Shown one piece after another: positions 37,703-51,398 of a stretch of DNA of 64,000 bases. Where the stretch lies: assembly GCA_951406725.2 (NCBI GenBank), contig OX597831.1:64294001-64358000 (forward strand), given 5' to 3'. The position numbers were made by a program, and so were the translations under genes. How positions within the stretch are numbered: the stretch's first letter is position 1; each line of letters starts with the position of its first letter. Under the pieces are notes generated by a model. That model worked only from the letters and a program-made list of their open reading frames with translations. It searched no databases and was not told the origin of the DNA. This DNA is from Octopus vulgaris. Its lineage: Eukaryota.

Positions 37703-38115
37703 GGATCTTTTCGGTTTGACGGCAGTTTTTTAAAATAATTTCCACGTAACTAAACACTTTTAAACTTCGTATACTGGTAGAATGTGTTTATAAAACATCT
37801 TTTTCTCTTGGCTTTATTGAGAAAATTCTATGGTTTGTAAGATATTTGTTGGTTTTTTTTTCAATTTCTGCAATTTCAACCAATCAATGACGTCTATTGA
37901 GGTGAAAACATTCTGTGCCGTATGAATATGTCCCCCGTTTAAGAAATAGATTGGATTTGTTTACATTTGTGAAGAAAAAAAGATACCCTTCCCCCCACCC
38001 CTAACCCTAACCCTAAAACAGATTGAAAAGCAATAGATCGATTCTAGGGTCATAATTATGGGTGACAATTTCATGACACCGCTAGAAAAAACTGCCGTTC
38101 AAACCGAAAAGATCC
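37703..38115. mobile_element. Merlin-like MITE
   Basis: TIRs present; TSD ambiguous in T-rich flanks; internal (CCCTAA)3. Confidence 0.85.
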
Positions 38116-38132
38116 CTTTTTTTCCCCTTATA

Positions 38133-38483
38133 GACGCAAGGCGTGGTTGTGTGGTAAGAAGTTTACTTCCAAACCACATGGTATCGGGTTCAGTCCCACC
38201 GCGCGGCACCTTGGGCAAGTGTCTTCTGTTGTAGCCCCGGGCCGACAAAAAGCCTTGTGAGCGGATTAGGTAGACGGAAACCGAAAGAAACCTATCATAT
38301 GTATGTGCGTCCCCTATAGCGGCTTGACAACCGATGCAGGTTCGTAACTTAGCAGTTCGACAAAGATACCCCCGCCAGAATAAGCACCAGTTTCTTAAAA
38401 AAGTACTGGGGTCGAATTGTTCGACTAATTCCTTCAAGCCGTGCCCCAGCATGGGCGCAGTCTAATGACCGAAAGAAGTAAAA
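38133..38483 (+). mobile_element. SINE family A, diverged and CpG-rich
   Basis: Head, CORE-like box and tail recognisable. Confidence 0.8.
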
Positions 38484-39249
38484 GGTGGGGGGAAAGACAC
38501 TGTGTACCGAGAGCAACAATAACACGATGCGTTCTTCCCTTTTTATAAGCAAGATTTGATTTCGTGTTTTAAGAATGCTTTAGCTGTTATTTCTAGCAAG
38601 TCGAACGGCCACATAGAGAAGGATCTTCATTGCTTTGGATGGTGAATATATATAAATGTACTGATGGCGAGAAAAAGGAGTAGGGAGAAAAGGTTGTAGG
38701 GTTTAAGGGGGTACCCGGTCAAGCTAAGGACCTTGTTCTCAAAACCCCTTGTATGGGAGCAGGGGACAGGGGAGTAACCTGCCAGTCAGCAGTAGCAGCA
38801 AGTTGCTGTGGGCTGACAGCTGTAAAAGAAGGGAAAGAGAGAGATTTAAAAACCAACATTTCTAGAGCGCGGGCACCTTTAAGAACTACAAACAACGAAT
38901 TGGATGGAAAGCAGTCAAGCTTTAGCTTTTGCAACTGCCAGTCAGCCAGCAATGGTAATCAGCCAGCCAGCTGTATGGATGGATGAAGTGTTGACAACGG
39001 AATATATATATATATACACTCACTCATACATGGACACGGACACATTCACGCAGGCTGTGTATGTAGTGTTTAGACTGGACATTCACCGTAACGCTCGGAC
39101 GACATATCACAACACAAACATACACACACACACTCAGAGATAGCCACTAACTATACACTCGTATGCAAACATCTCTCTATCATTCTGTTTTTGTTATTTA
39201 CACAGATTTATATTCGTAAGCAAAGGAAAATAACACTAAATACACAAAC

Positions 39250-39870
39250 ACCATATACGTGTATATAAATACATATATATATATACACCCACACACAATA
39301 TATATACATATACATGTATATAAATACATATATATATATACACACACAATATATATACATATACATGTATATAAATACATATATATACACACACATATGT
39401 ATATAAATACATATATATACACACACATATATATATATATAAATACATATATACATATATATACACACACACACATATATATATATACATATATAAATAT
39501 ATATGTATATAAATACATATATATACACACAATATATATACATATACATATATATAAACATATATACACACACACAATATATATATACATATACATGTAT
39601 ATAAATACATATATATACACACACAATATATATATATACATATATACACACAATATATACATATACATGTATATAAATACATCTATATATACACACACAA
39701 TATATATACATGTATATAAATACATATATAAACACACACACAATATATATATACATGTATATAAATACATATATAAACACACACACAATATATATATACA
39801 TGTATATAAATACATACATATACACACACACACAATATATACATATGTATATACATGCAAATATATATAT
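39250..39870. repeat. Compound (TA)/(CA) satellite with a higher-order ~40-bp unit
   Basis: Recurring ACACACAATATATATACAT...ACATGTATATAAATACAT. Confidence 0.9.
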
Positions 39871-40301
39871 AAAAAGAGAGATCAGACAAACCAGCAAATA
39901 ATGGAGCTACATGTGAAGAACATGGAGAACCACATGGTTTCATGGCATAACTGACGGTGGTTGGTTTGTATTCTGAGCTTATACACCACACACACACACA
40001 CACATGGTGATCATTTGAACTTTGTACACATATCAAGACGGGCCAAAAAGTGAAACACAAACTGTACCGATTCCATCCAAATAAAGGATAAACAAACAAC
40101 CGCTAATTAATCGGAACTATTCGACGGAGCAGTAAGCGACAATGCACGCAGCAATTCGTAAAATGTGCTTCATTCATATTACTTTCATTGTTTTTAATAA
40201 TTTAACTGGAATGTAGTTATGCCGGACACTAACGTGTAATGCATAAGGCCATACAAACATAATACAATGCTTACATACACACTTATATATATATATATAA
40301 G

Positions 40302-40411
40302 TGTCTTGGGCAAGTGTCTTCTCCTATAGCCTCGGGCCGACCAAAGCCTTGTGAGTGGATTTGGTAGACGGAAACTGAAAGAAGCCCGTCGTATATATGT
40401 ATGTATGTATG

Positions 40412-40491
<80 letters not shown>

Positions 40492-40703
40492 TATATGCGT
40501 GTGTGTGTTTGTGTTTGTCCTCTTAGCATTGCTTGACAACCGATGTTGGTGTGTTTATGTCTCCGTTACTTAGCGGTTCGGCAAAAGAGACCGATAGAAT
40601 AAGTACTGGGCTTACAAAAAGAATAAGTCCCGGGGTCGAGTTGCTCGATTAAAGGCGGTGCTCCAGCATGGCCGCAGTCAAATGACTGAAACATGTAAAA
40701 GAG

Positions 40704-40704
<1 letters not shown>
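40302..40704 (+). mobile_element. SINE family A, 5'-truncated
   Basis: From CTTGGGCAAG to tail. Confidence 0.9.
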
Positions 40705-40735
<31 letters not shown>

Positions 40736-41284
40736 AGCTGTATAAGCAGGTTATTTTCATTTCGTCATATATGTACAAAGTTCGAAAGCTTGTTCTATAT
40801 GTATATATAAATGTGTTTATGCGTTTGTGTAACTATATATGCATGTATATAGATGTGTATGTGTGTATTTATATGTGTGTGCTTACTTTATCAGTTCTAT
40901 TGGTCAAACTGCTAACTATGGTTCATAAAGGAGCAAAACAGACAATACTGGTTTTATCCGATGGCCAAAACATCTGTTTGCTCTCTATCAAATTCTACTC
41001 ACAAGGTATTGGTCAACCTAAGACTCTGGTAGAAGACAACTTGTCTGAGATGCTGTTTGATGGGTTGCGAAGCAACATTTTTCACCTTGCATTTTTGGTT
41101 CTGGTGAGAAACTCATTAACAGGTGCTCACAAACATATACAACAGAGATACCAGCATCAGGGTTATCTAATTCAAGTCTTGTAGTTGTAAAACATGTAAA
41201 TGGAAAACATAAATATACAGGCATACATAGGATGTAGAATGGTACAACAACAGTTGTATTATAAACCAATACTTAAATATACCT

Positions 41285-41707
41285 ATTTTCTTTACTACCC
41301 ACAAGGGGCTAAACACAGAGAGGACAAACAAGGACAGACAAACGGATTAAGCCGATTACATCGACCCCAGTGCGTAACTGGTACTTATTTAATCGACCCC
41401 GAAGGGATGAAAGGCAAAGTCGACCTCAGTGGAATTTGAACTCAGAACGTAGCGGCAGACGAAATACCTATTTCTATTTCTTTACTACCTACAAAGGGCT
41501 AAACATAGAGGGGACAAACAAGGACAGACAAACGGATTAAGTCGATTATATCGACCCCAGTGCATAACTAGTACTTATTTAATGGACCCTGAAAGGATGA
41601 AAGGTAAAGTCGACCTCAGCAGAATTTGAACTCAGAACATCGCGGCAGATGAAATACTGCTAAGCATTTCACCCGGCGTGCTAACGATTCTGCCAGCTTG
41701 CCACCTT
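41285..41707 (-). mobile_element. SINE family C dimer (full unit + headless unit)
   Basis: Two ~190-bp direct repeats joined at GACGAAATACCTATT. Confidence 0.85.
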
Positions 41708-41999
41708 AATAAACCAATATTTAAATATACCAAGGACACTATATATAGAGACAGACGTGTATACTTATATGCATACATGGGTATGTTTAGGTGGAAATAT
41801 GTGCCTTGTCCACTTTAGGTGGTCATTAAAAACAGGAAAACTAATGCCTCCCACATGCAGGTACAATCATATTTTGTAAAAGAAACACAAAGATAGCCCA
41901 CAATAATTTTTACCTCCAGTCTATTGCTAGTATTTTAATTTTCTAACTTGGAGAAATGAAAGGTGATATTAACCCTAGCAACATCTGAACACTGGAACA

Positions 42000-42410
42000 T
42001 AGGACATGTAAAAGACACCCAGCACACTCTGAGGAGTGGCTGGCATTAGGAAAGGCTGCCGGTGGCACGTAAAAAGCACCATCCGATCGTGGCCGTTTGC
42101 CAGCCTCGTCTGGCAACTGTGCCGGTGGCAAGTAAAAAACATCCACTACACTCACGGAGTGGTTGGCGTTAGGAAGGGCATCCAGCCATAGAAACATTGC
42201 CAGATCAGACTGGGCCTGGTGCAGCCTTCTGGCTTCCCAGACCCCAGTTGAACCGTCCAACCCATGCTAGCATGGAAAGTGGACGCTAGACGAAGAAACC
42301 AAGCTAAAACAGACAAGTGGAACCAGGTGCAGCCCTCCAGCTGACCAGCTCTGATCAAACTGTCTAACCCATGCCAGCAAGGAAAACAGACATTAAATGA
42401 AGATGAAATG
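42000..42410 (+). mobile_element. SINE family B nested in an older B-like copy
   Basis: Young copy ~42057-42288 interrupts a diverged copy. Confidence 0.75.
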
Positions 42411-43500
42411 AATTAAGGGTACTGCTTCAGTGTGTGGTCTACCACAGTACCCATAGGCTATGCTGTGAAATGACCTGATCTAGGTTAGGATTAAACTGTA
42501 CCCCAAAGTGTAAAAGGTCAAGTAGGTTGCACACTAAAATGGCACCAAATTAAGTCCCATTCTTCATGTCTCCACATCATTGGACCCAGAGAGTGAGAGA
42601 GAAAAGCACACATCCGTCATATGTGTTTTCCTATTAGTGTATTCCATAACCAACCCACCAGAAAAATCTTTGCCTGAAATTACAATGAAAGAAAATGAGA
42701 TTTCAATATGTAATGAATTATCTTTCATCAAGTGAATCATTCCATTAAACCTTTCATAATTCTCATTATTTCGGAAATGAGAAAACAAAGGTAGGAGGTA
42801 CATGGTGACATTTCGTAGCCACCATCCCATCTCAAAATGCCTTTCTTTGTTCAAAAAGAAGGCTTATTCAATCAAGAATAACCTAGAACTAAAAAAAGTG
42901 AGTTTAAAACCTGTGATGTGGCCACACTAGAAAATAAAGTCTTGCTTCTAATTTTTACAACTTACGCCTATCTAGACAAGAAAAGAGCCTCTACGTGGTC
43001 TCTTGATCTGCTAGAAATAGCAGTCAAATCTCTCAAATCACTCCCTCCTGTCTTAAGTAAAGAAATGCATACTGGATAGTGTAGTCTTGAATGGATAATG
43101 TGCTTCTTTCAGTTTCTTTCTACCAAATTTACTCACAAGGCTTTTGTCAGTCAAGAGCAATGATAGATGGCACTTGCTCAAGGTACCATGTAGTGGGGAC
43201 AGAACCCAAATGCACATGACTGGGATGTTAACTTCTTATGTACAGTGATGCTCATGCCTTTTCTTGACATAAAAGTATTTCCTATGAAGTGACAATTTGT
43301 TATGATAGCAGAGAGAGAGAGAGAGCATTATAAACAACCATTTTCAGAAGTTCAAAGGTATCACAAAATAAAAGACAAAACAACAGTTTCTGTTTCCACA
43401 CAAACAGAGGCTAAAACATTACGCCATTGGCCTACAAGTGTCATGAGAGGTTCACACCACCTTCTAAAGTCTACTGTGATGAGCTCATAAGTAATATATA

Positions 43501-43922
43501 GGATCTTTTCGGTTTGAACGGCAGTTTCTTAAAATAATTTCCACGTAACTAAACACTTTTAAACTTCGTATACTGGTAGAATGTGTTTATAAAACATCTT
43601 TTTCTCTTGGCTTTATTGAGAAAATTCTATAGTTTGTAAGATATTTGGTGTTTTTTCTTTAATTTCTGCAATTTCAATCAATCACTGACATCTATTGAGG
43701 TAAAAAAAACATTCTGTGCCGTACGAATATGTCCCTCGTTTAAGAAACAGATTGGGTTTATTTACATTTCTAAAGAAAAAAAGCTACCCTTACCCCCACC
43801 CCTAACCAACCCTAACCTTAAAACAGATTGAAATGCAATAGATCGATACTAGGGTCATAATTATGGGTGACAATTTCATATGACACCGCTAGAAAAAACT
43901 GCCGTTCAAACCGAAAAGATCC
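43501..43922. mobile_element. Merlin-like MITE
   Basis: TIRs; TSD AATATATA/AAGATATA. Confidence 0.85.
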
Positions 43923-44254
43923 AAGATATATCGTCATCTACCCTCAGTCAGTATCTCTAAAAACATAGGTGCTCTCATCTATAGTCTGCTTCAACACAGG
44001 CTGACATGAGGTTCAACAAGTACAACAGGTGTACCCTCAATCCGAAGTTAAACACTAAAACAGTTGTTCTATTCATTTATATGGAAAGAATCTGAGTTTA
44101 CATGAAAAAATAAAGGGTTTCTTACATCATCTCATGAGTATGAAAATCAGCACAGTGACCCTTTTTTTTTTCCATTTTGAAAAAATGTGTTATGAAAACT
44201 ATCTTTATGTATGTATATGCCTGAATGGTTAAATTCATATGAATATATAGACAT

Positions 44255-44845
44255 CTTTTTATCTTTTATTTGTTTCAGTCTTTAGATTGCTGTCTTCAAG
44301 ATTTTTAGTTGTAAAGCTTGGGACTTATTCTAGGAGTCACTTTGCCAAATCACATCACTAAGGGGACATAAACACACAAACAGCAGTTGTCAAGCAGTGG
44401 CAGGAGACAGGCAGATACAGAAACACATAGACACACATACATATATATATATGGGTTTCTTTCAGTTTCTGTCTACCAAATCCACTCACAAGGCTTTGGT
44501 CAGCCCAAGGCTAAAGTAGAAGACACTTGCTCAAGGTCCCACACCATGTGGTTGGAAAGCAAGCTAATTTTTTTTAAAGCCTGATACTTATTCTATCGGT
44601 CTCTTTGCCGAACCGCTAAGTTATGTGGACGTAAACACACCAACACTGGTTGCCAAGTGATGGTAGGGGACAAACAAACAAACACATGACAGACTTGTTT
44701 CAGTTTCTGTCTACCAAATGCACTCACAAGGATTTAGTTGGCCTGAGGCTATAGTAGAAGACACTTGCCCAAGGTGCCACGCAGTGGGACTGAACCCAAA
44801 ACAATGTGATTGGGAAGCAAGCTTCTTACCACACAGCCACGCCTT
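44255..44845 (-). mobile_element. Two SINE family A copies
   Basis: Reverse complement matches at 44255-44565 and 44570-44845. Confidence 0.8.
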
Positions 44846-45261
44846 TACTATTAATAAAAAACAACTTGCCAGTAGAGCAAAACAACCATGAAACTCTGAA
44901 CTAATGACACCATAAACCACATAGAAATACCTATTCGATGCATTGTAAGTGACTGAGTATTCCAGACACTTGTATCCTTGATATAATTCTAAGGCAGAAA
45001 TGGAACAGCGCTACGAGTGATGAAGCTGACCCTTCAAATGACAGGCACAGTTTGTCTAAAGGTCTTCTTCTGCCAGTTTCCAAAAATCTAATTTTACAAA
45101 GCTAAGTCAATCCAACACAGAAAATCCTAGTCCAATGATGACATACAATGGAATACCTGAGAAACAACTCAATCACTGGACTATACTTGTGCTCTATTTT
45201 TAGTGTGCATTACATAACACACCTTGAGTAACTAGATCAAAACACTGTTTTATCATACATT

Positions 45262-45748
45262 GTGCCAGTGGCACTTAAATGGCACCATTCGAGCGTGATC
45301 GTTACCAGCGTCGCCTTACTGGCACTTGTGCCCGTGCTAGTAGGGTGCCAAGAGCACCATCCGAGCGTGTTCATTGCCAGAGCAGCCAACTGGCTTCCAT
45401 GCCAGTGGCACGTAAAAGGGCACCATTCAAGCGTGATCATTACAAACGTCGCGTTACTGGCACCTGTGCTGGTGGCATGTGTAAAAGGATTCGAGCGAGG
45501 TCATTGCCAGTACTGCCTGACTGGCCCCCGTGCCGAGGGCATGTAAAAAGCACCCACTACACTCTGTGTAGTGGTTACTACACTCTGTGTAGTGGTTGGC
45601 GTTAGGAAGGGCATCCAGCTGTAGAAACTCTGCCAAATGAAGATTGGAGCCTGGTGCAGCCATCTGGTTCGCCAGCCCTCAGTCAAACTCGTCCAACCCA
45701 TGCTAGCATGGAAAGCGGACGTTAAACAATGATGATGATGATGATGAT
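45262..45748 (+). mobile_element. SINE family B, long modular copy
   Basis: About five ~60-bp modules, 21-bp duplication CTACACTCTGTGTAGTGGTT, (GAT)n tail. Confidence 0.85.
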
Positions 45749-46594
45749 TGTATAGGTGCAGATTTTATCATACACTTCATAGGTGCTACATTGTAAAAAG
45801 TTTCCTTCCCAACTATATAGATTCTAGTTCAGTCTCACTGCATGGCACCACAGGCAAAGCTCTGTGAATTTGGTAGAGAGAGACTGAAAGAAGCCCTGTG
45901 TGTGTGTGTATGTATGAGTGAGTGTTACTGTCTCTTTGCCTTAACTTCATGTGATGTAAATGTGTGTCACTTTCACGATGCAAGCATGTCTTTTGTTTTC
46001 AATCTTCTATGAAAACATATCTGGCCAAGGGAAAATATTGCCATACTTGGAAACAGATAAGGGTTGACATCAGGGAGGCTATCCTGCTGTAGAAAATCTG
46101 GCTTGACAAATTCAATCCAACTCATGCAAGCATGGAAAAGCAGATATCAAAAAGATGCATAATGATATATAACTATAACATAACGATACACCACATTCAA
46201 TATTGTTTAATATGCAAAAGGTGAGATTTAGTTGTGTGGAAAGACCCTTTATACCACCAGCTTTGCATTGTGAATAAACATCTACTGCTGCATCTATACC
46301 CAACATTATTTAACAGTTATTCGCAATTAGGGGCACATGCAAGCAAAATAATAAATTGGATACCCACAGTAGTATATTAAGGGTCCATGAAAAAATTTTG
46401 CTTTAGATGTATTTATGGCAAGAAACAGCTGTTACTCTCTCTAACATTTTACATGGTTCGATCTACACAAGTAAATATGTGAAAAGCAACATAAGAATTT
46501 TGGAAGTATCTATAAAATTAGTTTTTCAACTTCCAGTAGCAGTGGGGGTCCAACCAGAGTAAAATGGGAATCAAAGGGGTCCATAGATAATAAA

Positions 46595-47000
46595 TGTGTG
46601 GTAAATAGCTTGCTTACCAACCACATGGTTCTGGGTTCAGTCCCACTGCGTGGCACCTTGGGCAAGTGTCTTCTACTATAGCCTCAGGCCGACAAAAGTC
46701 TTGTGAGTGGATTTGGTAGACGGAAACTGAAAGAAACCCGTCATATACATGTGTCGTATACATATATATATGTATGTATGTGTGTGTGTATATGTTTGTG
46801 TGTCTGTGTTTGTCCCCCAACATCGCTTGACAACCAATGCTGGTGTATTTATGTCCCCGTAACTTAGCGTAACTTAGGCAAAAGAGACCGATAGAATAAG
46901 TACTAGGCTTACAAAGAATAAGTCCTGGGATTGATTTGCTCGACTAAAGGGCGGTGCTCCAGCATGACCGCAGTCAAATGACTGAAACAAGTAAAAGAGT
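46595..47000 (+). mobile_element. SINE family A nested near the end of a hAT-like MITE
   Basis: Family A match. Confidence 0.9.
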
Positions 47001-47419
47001 AGCCACTGATTTAACCCAACGCCTTCTTTTAACACTAATTACACTGAGTACCTAGTTTTATCACATGTCATGAATTGAAATTTATCATTGTTTACATAAC
47101 ACACCTAGATGATGCATTTTACACTACACAATCCACCTGCCTCTCTAACACAACACACCTTTCTGTATTACACAACACATCTAGTTATCTATTTCTACTA
47201 CATAATAGAGGTCTTCATTGCACAACATAACCTAAGCAAACAAAGCAGCTTCTTCATAGTTGTGCATTTTGCTAGAGATAGCTGCCAAATATCCCTTTAA
47301 AATCATATCTCATTATCTTAAAAAAAAAAAGGTAGGACAAATTGTGTAATATATTTCAAGATACACAATGGCTTAAAATGGATTGCTTGGTCACAGCTGG
47401 GTCAGGATTGTCTTGAGAC

Positions 47420-47647
47420 TTAACCCTTTAGTTACTGAATTTATTTTGAGATGCTCTGTGTTTCTTTCAATTACTTTAAATATAACAAAGAATTTAGTAA
47501 AATAACTTGGTTATCATTAAGCTAGTGATAGGAACATAAATTGTGACTAAGGTTTAGTGGAAGATTTCAATTCAAAACTTATGAAAACAAGACATTTGTA
47601 CTCGTTGCTAGAGCCAGTTTCAGCCGGGTTGGTAACGAAAGGGTTAA
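47420..47647. mobile_element. piggyBac-like MITE (family P1)
   Basis: TTAA-CCCTTTAGTTAC...GTAACGAAAGGG-TTAA. Confidence 0.8.
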
Positions 47648-47662
47648 ACAAGAATATTGACA

Positions 47663-47900
47663 TGCAAAAGCACCAACCGATTGTGGCCGTTTGCCAGCCT
47701 GCTCTGGCCCCTGTGCTGGTGGCACATAATAAACACCCACTACACTCACGGTGTGGTTGGCGTTAGGAAGGGCATCCAGCTGTAGAAACACTGCCAAATC
47801 AGACTAGAGCCTGGTGCAGCCTCCATGGCTTACCAGACCCTGGTCGAACCGTCCAACCCATGCTAGCATGGAAAACGGACGTTAAATGATGATGATGATG
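47663..47900 (+). mobile_element. SINE family B
   Basis: Module, core, (GAT)n tail. Confidence 0.85.
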
Positions 47901-48308
47901 AACACTACACTTGTCTGCATTTCACATATGATGTGTGTGTGTGTAGGTTGACAGACAGGCAGATAGATATTTCTACATACAACTGGTGTTCTTTTGAAAA
48001 CTTGAAAACTCCTTGAAGAGGAGATTGTGTGTGTGTGTGTGTGTGTGTTATGAAATTGTTGCTAACAAAGAGAGATACACACAATGATGTCAGTTCTATG
48101 TAGAAATCGGCAGAACAGGCTCTCTGCCCCATTAGCAACTTGCTCTGTTTCTGTAAATACTCAAACACCAACACTGTTGTGATAGGAAACAGCATGCCAT
48201 TCAGTAATTAGCACTAATTGATTAGACCGTGCAAGTACGCTTTTGTTTACGTGTTCCGACAGGAAGTCAATGCTAATCTGGCACCTTGTGCTTTAAGTCC
48301 CTACATAG

Positions 48309-48342
<34 letters not shown>

Positions 48343-48451
48343 AGTATGTGTGTGTGTGAGTATGTGTGTGTATGCGTTTTTGAATGCAATCTCTTATTAT
48401 AATCATTTATAAAGAATTGCCTAAACTCAAACGATGTTGTTTATTACTCAC

Positions 48452-48586
48452 GACTTCAATTCTGTCTGGAAATAATGACAGCCGGGAGAGGGCAAGTGCC
48501 CGAACGGGAAGATGATCAGAGTCTTCCTCATCCTCCTTAGGTGACGGCACTCCATCCCCCTTTGGTGTGGTATCTTTGTTTACATT
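48452..48586 (-). CDS. Internal coding exon of an unidentified host gene (phase 0-0, 45 codons)
   Basis: Minus strand catcgtttAG|AATGTA...GAAGTC|GTGAGT; 135 nt, open: NVNKDTTPKGDGVPSPKEDEEDSDHLPVRALALSRLSLFPDRIEV; GC-rich unique sequence. Confidence 0.75.
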
Positions 48587-48732
48587 CTAAACGATGAATT
48601 TTTAAACAATTTTTTTCTTATGGTACAATGAACTTTGCCTCTTTTGCGCTTATTGTATATATATATATATATACACCCCAACATGTTTGTTTATTATCAT
48701 TTTGTGTATCATCATTTTCTGTGGCCAATAAA

Positions 48733-48772
<40 letters not shown>

Positions 48773-48827
48773 GGTAGTAGTAGTAGTAGTATGATCATAT
48801 ATACATACATATGCGTATACACACACC

Positions 48828-48990
48828 AGTAAACACAAATGCAAAACAAGGTGGAAAAAAAGTAGTACTCAAATACCCAAGGTAGAGTAATATGCTTTTA
48901 TTAAAGCTGCGAAAATCTTCACAAATTGTTACTCGGAGTTTCACGTTGCCTTTCTTAGGACAGTCGTAATTATACTGAATTAAAATTGTG
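48828..48990 (-). mobile_element. Short Penelope-like repeat with a decayed hammerhead fold, next to (TA)n
   Basis: Minus 48925-48964: ACUGU-CCUAAGA-aaggcaacgu-GAAA-CUC-c-GAG-UA-ACAAU; flank homologous to 17517-17580. Confidence 0.45.
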
Positions 48991-48994
48991 ATTT

Positions 48995-49054
<60 letters not shown>

Positions 49055-49941
49055 AACATACACATATAAACTGGAGTATAAAACTAGAGCATATACATAT
49101 GTAAACTGTAGATGCAAACAGCATCATGTTTCTCGTGGAAAGATTTAGTTGTGGATGGTGTTTACAAATTCTAGATAACAATTAATCAAACGACTATAAT
49201 ATATAATAAAAGTAATATGTACGTGTGTGTGTGTGTGATTTATTAAGGAAGCTGCAATGGGTGGAAAAGGAATGTGGCCATCTGCTACTGCAATCGAACG
49301 ACAATATGCATGCGTGTGTATATATGTGTGTGTGTGTGTATGCACGTATGTATGTGGTGTATCTGAAGTGTATGTCGTGCGTGCGCCAGTGTGCCGCACT
49401 GTTGAACAAACAGAGAACAGCTCCGTCGCCATCAACAAATATACCGAGATTTGCACAGGGATCATTAAAAAAAAAAGAAGCAAGTTGTGTTATTTCCGAC
49501 TTATTAATACATAAAAATTCACTTTTGAGCGATTATTTTTTTTTTTATATATATTTTACTTTATTTTATTCATATATTTTTATTTCTTTTAGTTTGTTTT
49601 TTTTTTGCGCCTGTGCTCTTTGTAAAGCGCGCGTGTGTATGCGTGTGCCTGACAATACGATTTACATTAGGGAACAGGTGCTAACAACATACAGGTAATT
49701 GTGTTAACGTATGTCATCAGTAGACAATAAACACAGGAGTGAAGAACAGGTTTCAAGGTAGAAAACGTATTTAGACAGGCTTGTTCTTATTTCTTTATCG
49801 CTTCAATCGACATTACGTCAGTATTAGAGAAGAATCCTGATAATTCTATATGGCAAATCCAATAACCAAACATTATAAATTTCTTCACTTGTTGGTTGAC
49901 TTTTTATCATATCACTAATAATAATAATAATAATAATAATA

Positions 49942-50335
49942 ATTCTTTACTGCCCACAAGGGGCTAAACACAGAGAGTACAAACAAGGACAGACAAACGG
50001 ATTAAGTCGATTACATCGACCCCAGTGCGTAACTGGTACTTAATTTATCGACCCCCGAAAGGACGAAAGGCAAAGTCGACCTCGGCGGAATTTGAACTCA
50101 GAACGTAACGGCAGACGAAATACGTATTTCTTTATTACCCACAAGGGGCTAAACATAGAGGGGACAAACAAGGACAGACATCGATCCCAGTGCTCAACTG
50201 GTACTTTATTTATCAACCCCGAAAGGATGAAAGGCAAAGTCGACCTCGGCGGAATTTGAACTCAAAACGTAACGGCAGACGAAATGCCGCTAAGCATTTC
50301 GCCCGGCGTGCTAACGATTCTGCCAGCTCACCGCC

Positions 50336-50337
<2 letters not shown>
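49942..50337 (-). mobile_element. SINE family C dimer in (TAA)n
   Basis: Same junction (GACGAAATACGTATT) as 41285-41707; CpG-intact. Confidence 0.85.
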
Positions 50338-50382
<45 letters not shown>

Positions 50383-50824
50383 TTAATAATAATAATAAAA
50401 TGTCTCTTGATTTATTAAAACATTTTCAGAGTTTTGCTTTCAATAAAATCAAAGCGATGAGAGTCGTTAGAAAACGATAGAATCAATTTTCTCTTTTGTC
50501 TGCCCTCTCCGCCACACGTCACTGCTCACCGAATGTTTTTTTGCTATTTATGTGTTGTATGTGAAACATTATTGCATTTGTGTTAATATTGAATTAAATA
50601 GCTGTACTACTTGATTCAAAAACACTTTCCAAACAAATCGGTCTGCGGTCAATGACCTGTGGGAAACAGAAACCAAATCTTCCACGTTGTTCTTAGATAA
50701 AGAAAGTACATATTAGATAGATAACATAATCGTGCATAGTTCTAAAAAGATGAGATGGTCACAGCTAGAATGCATTTGACCCTACATCAGAGTTGATTTG
50801 GAGCTGAACAACAACTTCAATATT

Positions 50825-51040
50825 GGTTTCAAACTGTGGCACAAGGCCAGCAATTTCGAGGGAGGGGCTAAGTCGATTAAATGACCTCAGTGCTCAACTA
50901 GTACTTATTTTATCGACCTCGAAAAGGGTCAAAGGCGGAGACGATCCCGGCGGCATTTGAACGCAAAACGTGAAGACGGACGAAAAGCCGCTAAGCATTT
51001 TGCCCGGCGTGCTAACGAGTCTGTCAAAGCTTGCTGCCTT
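50825..51040 (-). mobile_element. SINE family C (diverged)
   Basis: Head and domain recognisable on the minus strand. Confidence 0.75.
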
Positions 51041-51398
51041 AGTGCTGTCGAAATAAAACCATTCCAATAGAGGATCGTGAAAAGAACAGCTTCATATGAC
51101 CAATATTATTTTGCAATTCCTTTTGACAGCATCAATTCCCTTCTCACTTATCTTCACAATTGGAAGAATAAAATCTTTAACGACCTGTACTTATAATAAA
51201 TGAACAGAGGGCTGCCTCACACTTAACCCGGGGTAAGCCGCCAGCTTTATCACAAACAATATTCCTATCTCAAGCATCTACATTTCCTAAATATGTAAAT
51301 AAATGAACTGGAACAAAACGTCCAATTCAGCCACGACGAAATTGAAGTAGCTGTTTGTGAGTGGACCCTGTCTGTTCTATGAGACCCAGAACCTAAAC

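Noticed and set aside
37995-38020. Interstitial telomere or chromosome-fusion scar
   Set aside because: Only 2-4 units, and always an internal part of the MITE
39198-39954. Long ORFs of 220-231 aa (YI/CV/HT-rich), also at 54466-54888 and 23507-23953
   Set aside because: Translations of (TA)/(CA) microsatellites that lack stop codons by composition
42057-42140. HDV-like ribozyme in SINE B modules (CCAG-CCTCG-CTGG resembles P3/L3)
   Set aside because: Could not build convincing P1, P1.1 and P2 pairings by hand
42480-42674. Minus-strand exon after a strong acceptor (TTTTCTTTCATTGTAATTTCAG)
   Set aside because: Stops in all three frames and no clear donor; could be non-coding or terminal but is unsupported
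45262-45560. Repeat-spacer appearance of SINE B modules (CRISPR-like)
   Set aside because: Eukaryotic retroposon; the 'spacers' are homologous to each other and no cas genes are present
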